This document shows, piece after piece, positions 15,001 to 28,574 of a DNA stretch of 64,000 bases (positions are counted from its first letter, which is position 1; each line of letters opens with the position of its first letter). The DNA comes from Lytechinus pictus (Eukaryota), in assembly GCF_037042905.1 (NCBI RefSeq), contig NC_087251.1:37140001-37204000 (forward strand). The letters run 5' to 3'. Made by a program: the position numbers and the translations under genes. The notes under the pieces were generated by a model. It was given only the letters and a program-made list of their open reading frames with translations. It was not told where the DNA came from and did not search any database.

Positions 15001-18000
15001 CTCAATATAAAACATAGAGTATATAGGGGTGTGGGCTACTAAAACTAAAGCACTAGCCCGTTGTTTTTCTTTACAAATTGAAAGAAGGGAAACCCCCCTA
15101 CACACACCCAAAATATATTTCAGGAGCAATCTTCCAATTGTATTTTATAAAGAGGACTTTTAGTTGAAATTTACTCCTCAATATACGAAAAAACATAGAG
15201 TATATAGGGGTGTGGGCTACTAAAACTAAAGCACTAGCCCGTTGTTTTTCTTTACAAATTGAAAGAAGGGAAACCCTCCTACACACACCCAAAATATATT
15301 TCAGGAGCAATCTTCCAATTGTATTTTATAAAGAGGACTTTTAGTTGAAATTTACTCCTCAATATACGAAAAAACATAGAGTATATAGGGGTGTGGGCTA
15401 CTAAAACTAAAGCACTAGCCCGTTGTTTTTCTTTACAAATTGAAAGAAGGGAAACCCCCCTACACACACCCAAAATATATTTCAGGAGCAATCTTCCAAT
15501 TGTATTTTATAAAGAGGACTTTTAGTTGAAATTTACTCCTCAATATAAAACATAGAGTATATAGGGGTGTGGGCTACTAAAACTAAAGCACTAGCCCGTT
15601 GTTTTTCTTTACAAATTGAAAGAAGGGAAACCCCCCTACACACACCCAAAATATATTTCAGGAGCAATCTTCCAATTGTATTTTATAAAGAGGACTTTTA
15701 GTTGAAATTTACTCCTCAATATACGAAAAAACATAGAGTATATAGGGGTGTGGGCTACTAAAACTAAAGCACTAGCCCGTTGTTTTTCTTTACAAATTGA
15801 AAGAAGGGAAACCCTCCTACACACACCCAAAATATATTTCAGGAGCAATCTTCCAATTGTATTTTATAAAGAGGACTTTTAGTTGAAATTTACTCCTCAA
15901 TATACGAAAAAACATAGAGTATATAGGGGTGTGGGCTACTAAAACTAAAGCACTAGCCCGTTGTTTTTCTTTACAAATTGAAAGAAGGGAAACCCCCCTA
16001 CACACACCCAAAATATATTTCAGGAGCAATCTTCCAATTGTATTTTATAAAGAGGACTTTTAGTTGAAATTTACTCCTCAATATAAAACATAGAGTATAT
16101 AGGGGTGTGGGCTACTAAAACTAAAGCACTAGCCCGTTGTTTTTCTTTACAAATTGAAAGAAGGGAAACCCCCCTACACACACCCAAAATATATTTCAGG
16201 AGCAATCTTCCAATTGTATTTTATAAAGAGGACTTTTAGTTGAAATTTACTCCTCAATATACGAAAAAACATAGAGTATATAGGGGTGTGGGCTACTAAA
16301 ACTAAAGCACTAGCCCGTTGTTTTTCTTTACAAATTGAAAGAAGGGAAACCCTCCTACACACACCCAAAATATATTTCAGGAGCAATCTTCCAATTGTAT
16401 TTTATAAAGAGGACTTTTAGTTGAAATTTACTCCTCAATATACGAAAAAACATAGAGTATATAGGGGTGTGGGCTACTAAAACTAAAGCACTAGCCCGTT
16501 GTTTTTCTTTACAAATTGAAAGAAGGGAAACCCCCCTACACACACCCAAAATATATTTCAGGAGCAATCTTCCAATTGTATTTTATAAAGAGGACTTTTA
16601 GTTGAAATTTACTCCTCAATATACGAAAAAACATAGAGTATATAGGGGTGTGGGCTACTAAAACTAAAGCACTAGCCCGTTGTTTTTCTTTACAAATTGA
16701 AAGAAGGGAAACCCTCCTACACACACCCAAAATATATTTCAGGAGCAATCTTCCAATTGTATTTTATAAAGAGGACTTTTAGTTGAAATTTACTCCTCAA
16801 TATACGAAAAAACATAGAGTATATAGGGGTGTGGGCTACTAAAACTAAAGCACTAGCCCGTTGTTTTTCTTTACAAATTGAAAGAAGGGAAACCCCCCTA
16901 CACACACCCAAAATATATTTCAGGAGCAATCTTCCAATTGTATTTTATAAAGAGGACTTTTAGTTGAAATTTACTCCTCAATATACGAAAAAACATAGAG
17001 TATATAGGGGTGTGGGCTACTAAAACTAAAGCACTAGCCCGTTGTTTTTCTTTACAAATTGAAAGAAGGGAAACCCCCCTACACACACCCAAAATATATT
17101 TCAGGAGCAATCTTCCAATTGTATTTTATAAAGAGGACTTTTAGTTGAAATTTACTCCTCAATATAAAACATAGAGTATATAGGGGTGTGGGCTACTAAA
17201 ACTAAAGCACTAGCCCGTTGTTTTTCTTTACAAATTGAAAGAAGGGAAACCCCCCTACACACACCCAAAATATATTTCAGGAGCAATCTTCCAATTGTAT
17301 TTTATAAAGAGGACTTTTAGTTGAAATTTACTCCTCAATATACGAAAAAACATAGAGTATATAGGGGTGTGGGCTACTAAAACTAAAGCACTAGCCCGTT
17401 GTTTTTCTTTACAAATTGAAAGAAGGGAAACCCTCCTACACACACCCAAAATATATTTCAGGAGCAATCTTCCAATTGTATTTTATAAAGAGGACTTTTA
17501 GTTGAAATTTACTCCTCAATATACGAAAAAACATAGAGTATATAGGGGTGTGGGCTACTAAAACTAAAGCACTAGCCCGTTGTTTTTCTTTACAAATTGA
17601 AAGAAGGGAAACCCCCCTACACACACCCAAAATATATTTCAGGAGCAATCTTCCAATTGTATTTTATAAAGAGGACTTTTAGTTGAAATTTACTCCTCAA
17701 TATAAAACATAGAGTATATAGGGGTGTGGGCTACTAAAACTAAAGCACTAGCCCGTTGTTTTTCTTTACAAATTGAAAGAAGGGAAACCCCCCTACACAC
17801 ACCCAAAATATATTTCAGGAGCAATCTTCCAATTGTATTTTATAAAGAGGACTTTTAGTTGAAATTTACTCCTCAATATAAAACATAGAGTATATAGGGG
17901 TGTGGGCTACTAAAACTAAAGCACTAGCCCGTTGTTTTTCTTTACAAATTGAAAGAAGGGAAACCCCCCTACACACACCCAAAATATATTTCAGGAGCAA

Positions 18001-21000
18001 TCTTCCAATTGTATTTTATAAAGAGGACTTTTAGTTGAAATTTACTCCTCAATATACGAAAAAACATAGAGTATATAGGGGTGTGGGCTACTAAAACTAA
18101 AGCACTAGCCCGTTGTTTTTCTTTACAAATTGAAAGAAGGGAAACCCTCCTACACACACCCAAAATATATTTCAGGAGCAATCTTCCAATTGTATTTTAT
18201 AAAGAGGACTTTTAGTTGAAATTTACTCCTCAATATACGAAAAAACATAGAGTATATAGGGGTGTGGGCTACTAAAACTAAAGCACTAGCCCGTTGTTTT
18301 TCTTTACAAATTGAAAGAAGGGAAACCCCCCTACACACACCCAAAATATATTTCAGGAGCAATCTTCCAATTGTATTTTATAAAGAGGACTTTTAGTTGA
18401 AATTTACTCCTCAATATAAAACATAGAGTATATAGGGGTGTGGGCTACTAAAACTAAAGCACTAGCCCGTTGTTTTTCTTTACAAATTGAAAGAAGGGAA
18501 ACCCCCCTACACACACCCAAAATATATTTCAGGAGCAATCTTCCAATTGTATTTTATAAAGAGGACTTTTAGTTGAAATTTACTCCTCAATATACGAAAA
18601 AACATAGAGTATATAGGGGTGTGGGCTACTAAAACTAAAGCACTAGCCCGTTGTTTTTCTTTACAAATTGAAAGAAGGGAAACCCTCCTACACACACCCA
18701 AAATATATTTCAGGAGCAATCTTCCAATTGTATTTTATAAAGAGGACTTTTAGTTGAAATTTACTCCTCAATATACGAAAAAACATAGAGTATATAGGGG
18801 TGTGGGCTACTAAAACTAAAGCACTAGCCCGTTGTTTTTCTTTACAAATTGAAAGAAGGGAAACCCCCCTACACACACCCAAAATATATTTCAGGAGCAA
18901 TCTTCCAATTGTATTTTATAAAGAGGACTTTTAGTTGAAATTTACTCCTCAATATAAAACATAGAGTATATAGGGGTGTGGGCTACTAAAACTAAAGCAC
19001 TAGCCCGTTGTTTTTCTTTACAAATTGAAAGAAGGGAAACCCCCCTACACACACCCAAAATATATTTCAGGAGCAATCTTCCAATTGTATTTTATAAAGA
19101 GGACTTTTAGTTGAAATTTACTCCTCAATATACGAAAAAACATAGAGTATATAGGGGTGTGGGCTACTAAAACTAAAGCACTAGCCCGTTGTTTTTCTTT
19201 ACAAATTGAAAGAAGGGAAACCCTCCTACACACACCCAAAATATATTTCAGGAGCAATCTTCCAATTGTATTTTATAAAGAGGACTTTTAGTTGAAATTT
19301 ACTCCTCAATATACGAAAAAACATAGAGTATATAGGGGTGTGGGCTACTAAAACTAAAGCACTAGCCCGTTGTTTTTCTTTACAAATTGAAAGAAGGGAA
19401 ACCCCCCTACACACACCCAAAATATATTTCAGGAGCAATCTTCCAATTGTATTTTATAAAGAGGACTTTTAGTTGAAATTTACTCCTCAATATAAAACAT
19501 AGAGTATATAGGGGTGTGGGCTACTAAAACTAAAGCACTAGCCCGTTGTTTTTCTTTACAAATTGAAAGAAGGGAAACCCCCCTACACACACCCAAAATA
19601 TATTTCAGGAGCAATCTTCCAATTGTATTTTATAAAGAGGACTTTTAGTTGAAATTTACTCCTCAATATACGAAAAAACATAGAGTATATAGGGGTGTGG
19701 GCTACTAAAACTAAAGCACTAGCCCGTTGTTTTTCTTTACAAATTGAAAGAAGGGAAACCCTCCTACACACACCCAAAATATATTTCAGGAGCAATCTTC
19801 CAATTGTATTTTATAAAGAGGACTTTTAGTTGAAATTTACTCCTCAATATACGAAAAAACATAGAGTATATAGGGGTGTGGGCTACTAAAACTAAAGCAC
19901 TAGCCCGTTGTTTTTCTTTACAAATTGAAAGAAGGGAAACCCCCCTACACACACCCAAAATATATTTCAGGAGCAATCTTCCAATTGTATTTTATAAAGA
20001 GGACTTTTAGTTGAAATTTACTCCTCAATATAAAACATAGAGTATATAGGGGTGTGGGCTACTAAAACTAAAGCACTAGCCCGTTGTTTTTCTTTACAAA
20101 TTGAAAGAAGGGAAACCCCCCTACACACACCCAAAATATATTTCAGGAGCAATCTTCCAATTGTATTTTATAAAGAGGACTTTTAGTTGAAATTTACTCC
20201 TCAATATACGAAAAAACATAGAGTATATAGGGGTGTGGGCTACTAAAACTAAAGCACTAGCCCGTTGTTTTTCTTTACAAATTGAAAGAAGGGAAACCCT
20301 CCTACACACACCCAAAATATATTTCAGGAGCAATCTTCCAATTGTATTTTATAAAGAGGACTTTTAGTTGAAATTTACTCCTCAATATACGAAAAAACAT
20401 AGAGTATATAGGGGTGTGGGCTACTAAAACTAAAGCACTAGCCCGTTGTTTTTCTTTACAAATTGAAAGAAGGGAAACCCCCCTACACACACCCAAAATA
20501 TATTTCAGGAGCAATCTTCCAATTGTATTTTATAAAGAGGACTTTTAGTTGAAATTTACTCCTCAATATACGAAAAAACATAGAGTATATAGGGGTGTGG
20601 GCTACTAAAACTAAAGCACTAGCCCGTTGTTTTTCTTTACAAATTGAAAGAAGGGAAACCCTCCTACACACACCCAAAATATATTTCAGGAGCAATCTTC
20701 CAATTGTATTTTATAAAGAGGACTTTTAGTTGAAATTTACTCCTCAATATACGAAAAAACATAGAGTATATAGGGGTGTGGGCTACTAAAACTAAAGCAC
20801 TAGCCCGTTGTTTTTCTTTACAAATTGAAAGAAGGGAAACCCCCCTACACACACCCAAAATATATTTCAGGAGCAATCTTCCAATTGTATTTTATAAAGA
20901 GGACTTTTAGTTGAAATTTACTCCTCAATATACGAAAAAACATAGAGTATATAGGGGTGTGGGCTACTAAAACTAAAGCACTAGCCCGTTGTTTTTCTTT

Positions 21001-22874
21001 ACAAATTGAAAGAAGGGAAACCCCCCTACACACACCCAAAATATATTTCAGGAGCAATCTTCCAATTGTATTTTATAAAGAGGACTTTTAGTTGAAATTT
21101 ACTCCTCAATATAAAACATAGAGTATATAGGGGTGTGGGCTACTAAAACTAAAGCACTAGCCCGTTGTTTTTCTTTACAAATTGAAAGAAGGGAAACCCC
21201 CCTACACACACCCAAAATATATTTCAGGAGCAATCTTCCAATTGTATTTTATAAAGAGGACTTTTAGTTGAAATTTACTCCTCAATATACGAAAAAACAT
21301 AGAGTATATAGGGGTGTGGGCTACTAAAACTAAAGCACTAGCCCGTTGTTTTTCTTTACAAATTGAAAGAAGGGAAACCCTCCTACACACACCCAAAATA
21401 TATTTCAGGAGCAATCTTCCAATTGTATTTTATAAAGAGGACTTTTAGTTGAAATTTACTCCTCAATATACGAAAAAACATAGAGTATATAGGGGTGTGG
21501 GCTACTAAAACTAAAGCACTAGCCCGTTGTTTTTCTTTACAAATTGAAAGAAGGGAAACCCCCCTACACACACCCAAAATATATTTCAGGAGCAATCTTC
21601 CAATTGTATTTTATAAAGAGGACTTTTAGTTGAAATTTACTCCTCAATATAAAACATAGAGTATATAGGGGTGTGGGCTACTAAAACTAAAGCACTAGCC
21701 CGTTGTTTTTCTTTACAAATTGAAAGAAGGGAAACCCCCCTACACACACCCAAAATATATTTCAGGAGCAATCTTCCAATTGTATTTTATAAAGAGGACT
21801 TTTAGTTGAAATTTACTCCTCAATATAAAACATAGAGTATATAGGGGTGTGGGCTACTAAAACTAAAGCACTAGCCCGTTGTTTTTCTTTACAAATTGAA
21901 AGAAGGGAAACCCCCCTACACACACCCAAAATATATTTCAGGAGCAATCTTCCAATTGTATTTTATAAAGAGGACTTTTAGTTGAAATTTACTCCTCAAT
22001 ATACGAAAAAACATAGAGTATATAGGGGTGTGGGCTACTAAAACTAAAGCACTAGCCCGTTGTTTTTCTTTACAAATTGAAAGAAGGGAAACCCTCCTAC
22101 ACACACCCAAAATATATTTCAGGAGCAATCTTCCAATTGTATTTTATAAAGAGGACTTTTAGTTGAAATTTACTCCTCAATATACGAAAAAACATAGAGT
22201 ATATAGGGGTGTGGGCTACTAAAACTAAAGCACTAGCCCGTTGTTTTTCTTTACAAATTGAAAGAAGGGAAACCCCCCTACACACACCCAAAATATATTT
22301 CAGGAGCAATCTTCCAATTGTATTTTATAAAGAGGACTTTTAGTTGAAATTTACTCCTCAATATAAAACATAGAGTATATAGGGGTGTGGGCTACTAAAA
22401 CTAAAGCACTAGCCCGTTGTTTTTCTTTACAAATTGAAAGAAGGGAAACCCCCCTACACACACCCAAAATATATTTCAGGAGCAATCTTCCAATTGTATT
22501 TTATAAAGAGGACTTTTAGTTGAAATTTACTCCTCAATATACGAAAAAACATAGAGTATATAGGGGTGTGGGCTACTAAAACTAAAGCACTAGCCCGTTG
22601 TTTTTCTTTACAAATTGAAAGAAGGGAAACCCTCCTACACACACCCAAAATATATTTCAGGAGCAATCTTCCAATTGTATTTTATAAAGAGGACTTTTAG
22701 TTGAAATTTACTCCTCAATATACGAAAAAACATAGAGTATATAGGGGTGTGGGCTACTAAAACTAAAGCACTAGCCCGTTGTTTTTCTTTACAAATTGAA
22801 AGAAGGGAAACCCCCCTACACACACCCAAAATATATTTCAGGAGCAATCTTCCAATTGTATTTTATAAAGAGGA
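1..22874. repeat. Tandem satellite DNA array, 181/176-bp monomer, about 126 copies, with higher-order repeat structure
   Basis: Near-identical monomers throughout. Types: A = 181 bp (gaaacccccct), B = 181 bp (gaaaccctcct), C = 176 bp (5-bp deletion, aatataaaacatag vs aatatacgaaaaaacatag). The array is truncated by the window start and ends at ...aaagagga 22874. Confidence 0.99.
9173..9372. other. Assembly gap (200 N) inside the satellite
   Basis: Run of N; the round length suggests a placeholder size. Confidence 0.98.
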
Positions 22875-23662
22875 GATTCATCACCTCAAACAGCAAAATA
22901 GCCCTAATCCTTCCGCCAGTCAAAATATAGTCCAAAATTGGTGATATTTCTTCCCAATTTGGGAAAAGGAAGTTTAGTAATTACCAAAAATAGAATCAGT
23001 GTTAGATGGAAAATCATATGCATACACTTTGTCAATCAGCCATATCAAAATAAAAAAAAATAGCAATGGGTTGGCTCGAATGAATATCTATGGCCTGCCA
23101 CTAGAGATTAGGCCCGTGTAGCCCTGACCCCGTTTGATTGATTTGTACAAGAATGTACGCTTCTCTTCGTGCGCAAAATCCTGTATCTGATCTATCTTAT
23201 ATCGCGATATTGTTGGCTGGAACTGTTGGCTGGCTTGCTGTTGGCTGGCTTATTGTTGGCTCACTTGACATAGGCCCATTATTTGTCTGTGTCAGACGCC
23301 GGAACCTCCGACTAGCACTGTCGGCGTTGTACGGCTAAAAGCAGCCGGGGAGCATCCGAGCAATTATTGCATTAAATTGACGGCGATAATAATTCATTTA
23401 AAAGATCTATTTATACTTTGAAACTTTGAATTCTGGTCAGAACGTGAGATATATCTATTAAGCTACGATATATAGCAATGATCTTTGGATACATACCAAA
23501 ATATACCTCTATCCCGTCAAAATGGGAAGTCGAAGACACTTTCTCGCACGAACTTGCAGCGGCTGAATAGTGACAACTTATGCCAAGTTTATGTCAACAG
23601 GCTCGTTCATGACTATTCAGTTTATGTAATGATGATTAATTCGCGTCATAAGCTAAAACAAT

Positions 23663-24060
23663 GGTGACCCGACAATTGCTCCGCCGACATCTGCTCCGCC
23701 GACAATTGCTACGCAAAATAAGACAGTTGCTCCGCCGACAATTGCTCCGGACAATTGCTCCGCCAACAGTTGCTCCGTCGACACTTGCTCCGCCGATATG
23801 TGCTCCGTCGAATCTTGCTCCGCCGATATTTGCTCCGCCGATATTTGCTCCGCCGACATGTGCTCCGCCGACATCTGCTCCGCCGAAAATTGCTCCGCCG
23901 ACAATTGCTCCGCTGATAATTGCTCCGCCGACATCTGCTCCGATTATACGACAATTGCTCCGCGACAATTGCTCCGCCGATATTTGCTCCGCCGAAAATT
24001 GCTCCGATTATACGACAATTGCTCCGCCGATATTTGCTCCGATTATACGACAATTGCTCC
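23663..24060 (+). repeat. Left arm of foldback element: 15-bp minisatellite (gacaattgctccgcc)n
   Basis: Tandem 15-bp units, with longer cgattatacgac variants toward the inner end. Confidence 0.95.
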
Positions 24061-26679
24061 ACGGTTATGTTTGTGCGCATTATGATCTGCGCATAGTTTA
24101 CACTCTGCGCGCTGACGTCACAATGGATAAACAGGTGATTAATTAGCTGCGGGTATGAGCTGATTTTTCTCATCTTCTGCACTTTAACTGCAGATCCGAT
24201 GCGTTATTTCATAAAGCTAAAAAATTGAATTATTCCATGGACCATTCAAAAAAATGCTCTACAATTTCAAAATACTTTACTCTGCAGTGCTGCCAAGAAT
24301 CACGAATATTACCACGAGTTTGAGTAAATGGTAGAGTGGTTTTGATTTTTTTCTTCACATAGATACAAAGCATTCGGTGCATTTTTGGTGTTTTAAAAAG
24401 CACATTTGCTCTAATAAAAATGCTGATAGTTTAAAAACAAGCACATTAACCCCTATTTTTTAATGTTTGTACCTCTTAGGTATACCTTCCTCTACAACTC
24501 TGCAAATTTTGGTGAAAATGACATGGATTTTGAATAAAGTGCAGCATTTATTGTACGTTTGTAGTTTGTTACTGAAATTTCACATTTTTTAGATTGGGAT
24601 TTTGTTTTCTTTTACGCCATTTTTAAGAACTGACAGTGCTGTTAAACTTAAAATTGCAAACAAATAGCACTATAAATAGATTCTCCATTCTAACGATACA
24701 ATTATTAATTCTCTTGCGAAATTTGATGACTTTTTCATGTATTTTGACGGAGTAATAGAGGTTTAAACTCATTGTAGTAATCTTGGGCGGTCTAAAAATG
24801 CCAAATTCTTTTGAATGCGCATTTCTTAAGAACATCAATTTGAGTGAACTTTGAAGCTCTATAGCAAAAAATCAAGCACATGGACCTATGTTAATTTTTG
24901 CATATTTCGAATATTAAGGTTTTAAAGTATCTATGTGCAAAGTTTGGTGAAAATGACATGGATTTCACTTTAACTGTGGAACGTCCTTAAATGATAAGAA
25001 ATTCATCCTGATACAAATTGTTTTGTCGTTGTTTTGTTCTTGTTATTCGTTAATGTTTTATTTATTTTATTCTCCCCCTATCATCACAGCTTTCTGCTTA
25101 AAAAACAAAACAAATTGTTCTCCCTGCCGCTGCCACTTGACAAATTGTAACAGAGAAGGGGAATGACACACTCCCCATTGAAATTGTGAATCTGGATTTT
25201 TGTTCATATATTATTATCATTGGTTTCACTCCGGTCTTGAGCGGGGAGAGAATTTGGGGGGGGGGGTGCTGGACACAATATCTCTTCTGCTTTCCAGCAA
25301 CTTATACACCATACATTCGCGCGGGCTCTCTCTCTCTCTCTCTCTCTTTCTCGTTTTGTTCTTTCACGTTGTTTATTTTTATTGGTGACCGCTTGATTTA
25401 TTGTATATTTATCAGTATTATAATTATTAATATTTGTATCAATAATTTTTATTTACGTCTTCGGCCTTATCTACCCTTGCACTTTTTTTCCTTCAATTTG
25501 TTTCAAACGAAAGTATGATTATCACTGGCGTACAGATGGGGGAGGGGCGTGCTAGGGGTCACGGATCCCCCCATTCTCCCTACCAATGAAAAAAAAAGAA
25601 TAAAGGAAAGGAAAATAAATGTCATCCTTGTCTCGCCCCCTCCATTTTTTGTTGTTGGCTCATTACGCTACTGGTGAGTTACTATAAAACTAGACTTCGG
25701 TTGTATTTTTGTTCTATTCTGTGCAAAGCGACAATATAAATATATTATAATAAATGAATATATGTATGTATCTCTCTCATTACGTCTAAACAAATAATGT
25801 TATTTTTAAAAGACAATAATATATATACCAGCAATAATATAGTTACAAATTCATGAAACCCAATACGCATCTCACTGAATTTATAATGCGAGCACAAAGC
25901 ACGAGCTGTTATTGACATGGAAAGGGGACATTTATACGCCTTTTTTAAATTGTAAACATGAAGCATATCTCGGGGGGGGGGGGATATCTCGTAAAAGAAA
26001 TGAGAGCACGATGCGATAATTTAATATTCTGGATATATTTACCAGAGTTACAATTCTATATATTTCTTTTTCTTTGTGTTATTTCTTTCGACAAACTGTA
26101 ATTGAAGTATTGAAGAGTATATAGGCTGTTATGCCTGCTGATCATGATAGAATGTGGATTATTTTGCTGATTCATTAGATCTTAACATGTGTTCTTTAAA
26201 TTGGGTAATTTGGGTACATGTTAGAAACACAGGCATTGTGCATTCAGATGCACATTGTGGAAATGAGATTCAGTATTCCTTGCAGCTAAGAAAGGTTTTG
26301 AAAATGACACTACTCTCAATTACATGTATACTGTGTCCATAGTTGCGAGTGTGTGAAAATGAAGGTGTTTGCAGTCATTAAAGTGTAGTTTTGGTTGGAA
26401 AACGTTAATAAAACTGTCGAGAACGTACAGTCTTCATGATTTCATTTATCTCATGTTCTGATCAGTAAATCAAATAAAAAATTATAATGACAAGAACTTG
26501 TTAAGTTTATCCTTCTATTTCAATCCCATGAATAAACAGAAATCGCGATATTCAGAAAAAATAAGTCATACACCTCCTTTTTTCCTCAAGCTCTCACTCA
26601 CTCCCCCTCTTTCTCTCTCTCTCTTTCCCTCCAAAACCCTTTGCACAATCATTTTTGTTTGATTTCCGCATAAGCAAAA

Positions 26680-26770
26680 CGACGACGACAATGATAATGA
26701 TGGTGATGATGAAGATGCTGATAATGATGCTGATGATGATAATGGTGGTACAATGATAATGATAATAAGT
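26680..26770. repeat. Imperfect (GAT)n microsatellite
   Basis: gacgacgacaatgataatgatggtgatgat... Confidence 0.8.
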
Positions 26771-27852
26771 ACATGAACACACGTTTTCTTCTCATATAGT
26801 TCATTCTTGGAAAATACATAGGCGGCCATATACACATGAAGGTATATCATTTATAGAAGAAAATCTTGTTTGATTGATTTTTTTTATTTTTTGAAACTAC
26901 GTGTAAAATTATATCCCCCATCAACAACAAATTGTTACTTACATTATAACATCATAATGAATATAATTCGACTATTGGCGGACCATATTTAGATTTAGAT
27001 TAAGATTTATTCATTTTCCGTTCACAAAGCACAACAAAATCAAAGTAACAATACATAGTCAAATTTAAAGTACAATATCAATCGGTATAATGCATAAGAA
27101 TTAGAACGTATAAACAGTGAGAACTAATGCGAACTAAAGTAACCTTGACTAATAACTATATAAAACAGAACATATGGATTTTATTTTTGGATTATTAAAA
27201 AAAAAAATTATCCTTTTTCTATCAGTGAAGAAAACAATCATGATCAACATAAAACAAAAAAGCAACTCACTATTATATACAGTATTATCATAATCTAAAA
27301 ACCTACGGTGTGTATGACATGATGTGGATGTGGAGACCAGACTGAGAGCACTGTGTGTACGAGAGGATATGGAAACCAGAGTGGAGGGGTGTGCCGAGAA
27401 GGTGACACGACATGTAGCCTTTCACATGTTGGTATTTTCTTGAATATTAATTTTTACTTACTGAATGTCTTGGTCATGTTTGTATGGCACAAAATTTGCC
27501 GACAGTAAACATTTTGCGTGACTACAGTACAGGTTTTCGACAAAATAAGGTGGGGTATACCGTTGAATTTCACCTGGAGCAAATGTCTCCACTTCGGAGC
27601 ATATTTCGCCAGTCTGAGCGATTTTGACGCTAAGAATGGGGTATGTCTAATTTGTTTCTACTGTTATAACATGGAGCTATATGGTTATAATAATTACATG
27701 AAAACGCGTTTTTTTTTTTAAATTTTAATCGCCAGGCACGTAATAAAACTTACACAAATGCTCCCCCCCCCCCACCATGAATAAGCATTAAGAATATCTA
27801 TCCCTCCTTTGTGCTTACCCCTTTTTTTCTATTTCTTTCTATATGCATGTAT

Positions 27853-28002
27853 CAGGGGCCGCGGAGCCGGGGGCTTTAGCCCCCCAATTTTCCAAAGCCG
27901 TGTACAAAAAACGTAAGAATGACCATATGATTGTGATTTTTAGCATGGACAGCCCCCACTTTTGACTCAGCCCTCACTTTGAAAACCGTTCCGCGGCCCC
28001 TG
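27853..28002. mobile_element. 150-bp GC-rich MITE with 5-bp TSD, nested in the foldback element
   Basis: TIR caggggccgcgga ... tccgcggcccctg; TSD tgtat at 27848-27852 and 28003-28007. Confidence 0.85.
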
Positions 28003-28145
28003 TGTATGACATTTAATATATCATGCAAGCATAGTTTAAGTTTACTTTGTAAATTCATGGAGCTATGCTCCATGGTAAATTGACGCCTTCAGCCTGTGCT
28101 AAAATTGTTATGCGTATGAAAGTACGAATAAATAAAAAAATAATA

Positions 28146-28574
28146 ATTGTCGCATTATCGGAGCAATTTACGGCGGAGCAGATGTCGGCGGAGCAATTAT
28201 CGGCGGAGCAATTGTCGTATAATCGGAGCAGATGTCGGCGGAGCAAATATCGCCGGAGCAATTGTCGCGGAGCAATTGTCGTATAATCGGAGCAATTTTC
28301 GGCGGAGCAATTGTCGTATAATCGGAGCAGATGTCGGCGGAGCAATTATCGGCGGAGCAATTGTCGGCGGAGCAATTTTCGGCGGAGCAGATGTCGGCGG
28401 AGCAGATGTCGGCGGAGCAAATATCGGCGGAGCAAATATCGGCGGAGCAAGTGTCGACGGAGCACATATCGGCGGAGCAAGTGTCGACGGAGCAATTGTC
28501 GGCGGAGCAGTTGTCGTATTTTGCGTAGCAATTGTCGGCGGAGCAAATGTCGGCGGAGCAATTGTCATGGAACC
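28146..28574 (-). repeat. Right arm of foldback element: inverted 15-bp minisatellite (ggcggagcaattgtc)n
   Basis: Reverse complement of the left arm, with unit variants in mirrored order. Confidence 0.95.

Larger units (their letters stand above)
23663..28574. mobile_element. Foldback / TU-like non-autonomous DNA transposon with ~400-bp inverted arms made of 15-bp tandem units
   Basis: The left end ggtgaccc-gacaattgctcc matches the reverse-complemented right end ggttccat-gacaattgctcc. Perfect 8-bp TSD aaaacaat at 23655-23662 and 28575-28582. No transposase ORF inside. Confidence 0.88.

Noticed and set aside
178..22847. About 90 copies of a 70-aa minus-strand ORF (MLLKYILGVC...) as a tandem gene array
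   Set aside because: It starts at TTG, is longer than the monomer so copies overlap, is broken in every 176-bp monomer, and has no recognisable domain. It is a by-product of the satellite.
1..22874. CRISPR array, or tandem 5S/tRNA/snRNA/spliced-leader gene array
   Set aside because: There are no unique spacers and no cas genes, the context is eukaryotic, and I could not recognise Pol III boxes or a known RNA sequence in the monomer. An Rfam scan would be the definitive test.
23636..24182. Pentapeptide-repeat, antifreeze-like or protamine-like ORFs (SADIC, APPI, RRSNC, GGA)
   Set aside because: A stop-free 15-bp unit opens all frames on both strands; the sequence is a transposon arm.
26566..26850. 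His-, Ser- or Ile-rich ORFs
   Set aside because: Translations of (GAT)n and (CT)n microsatellites.
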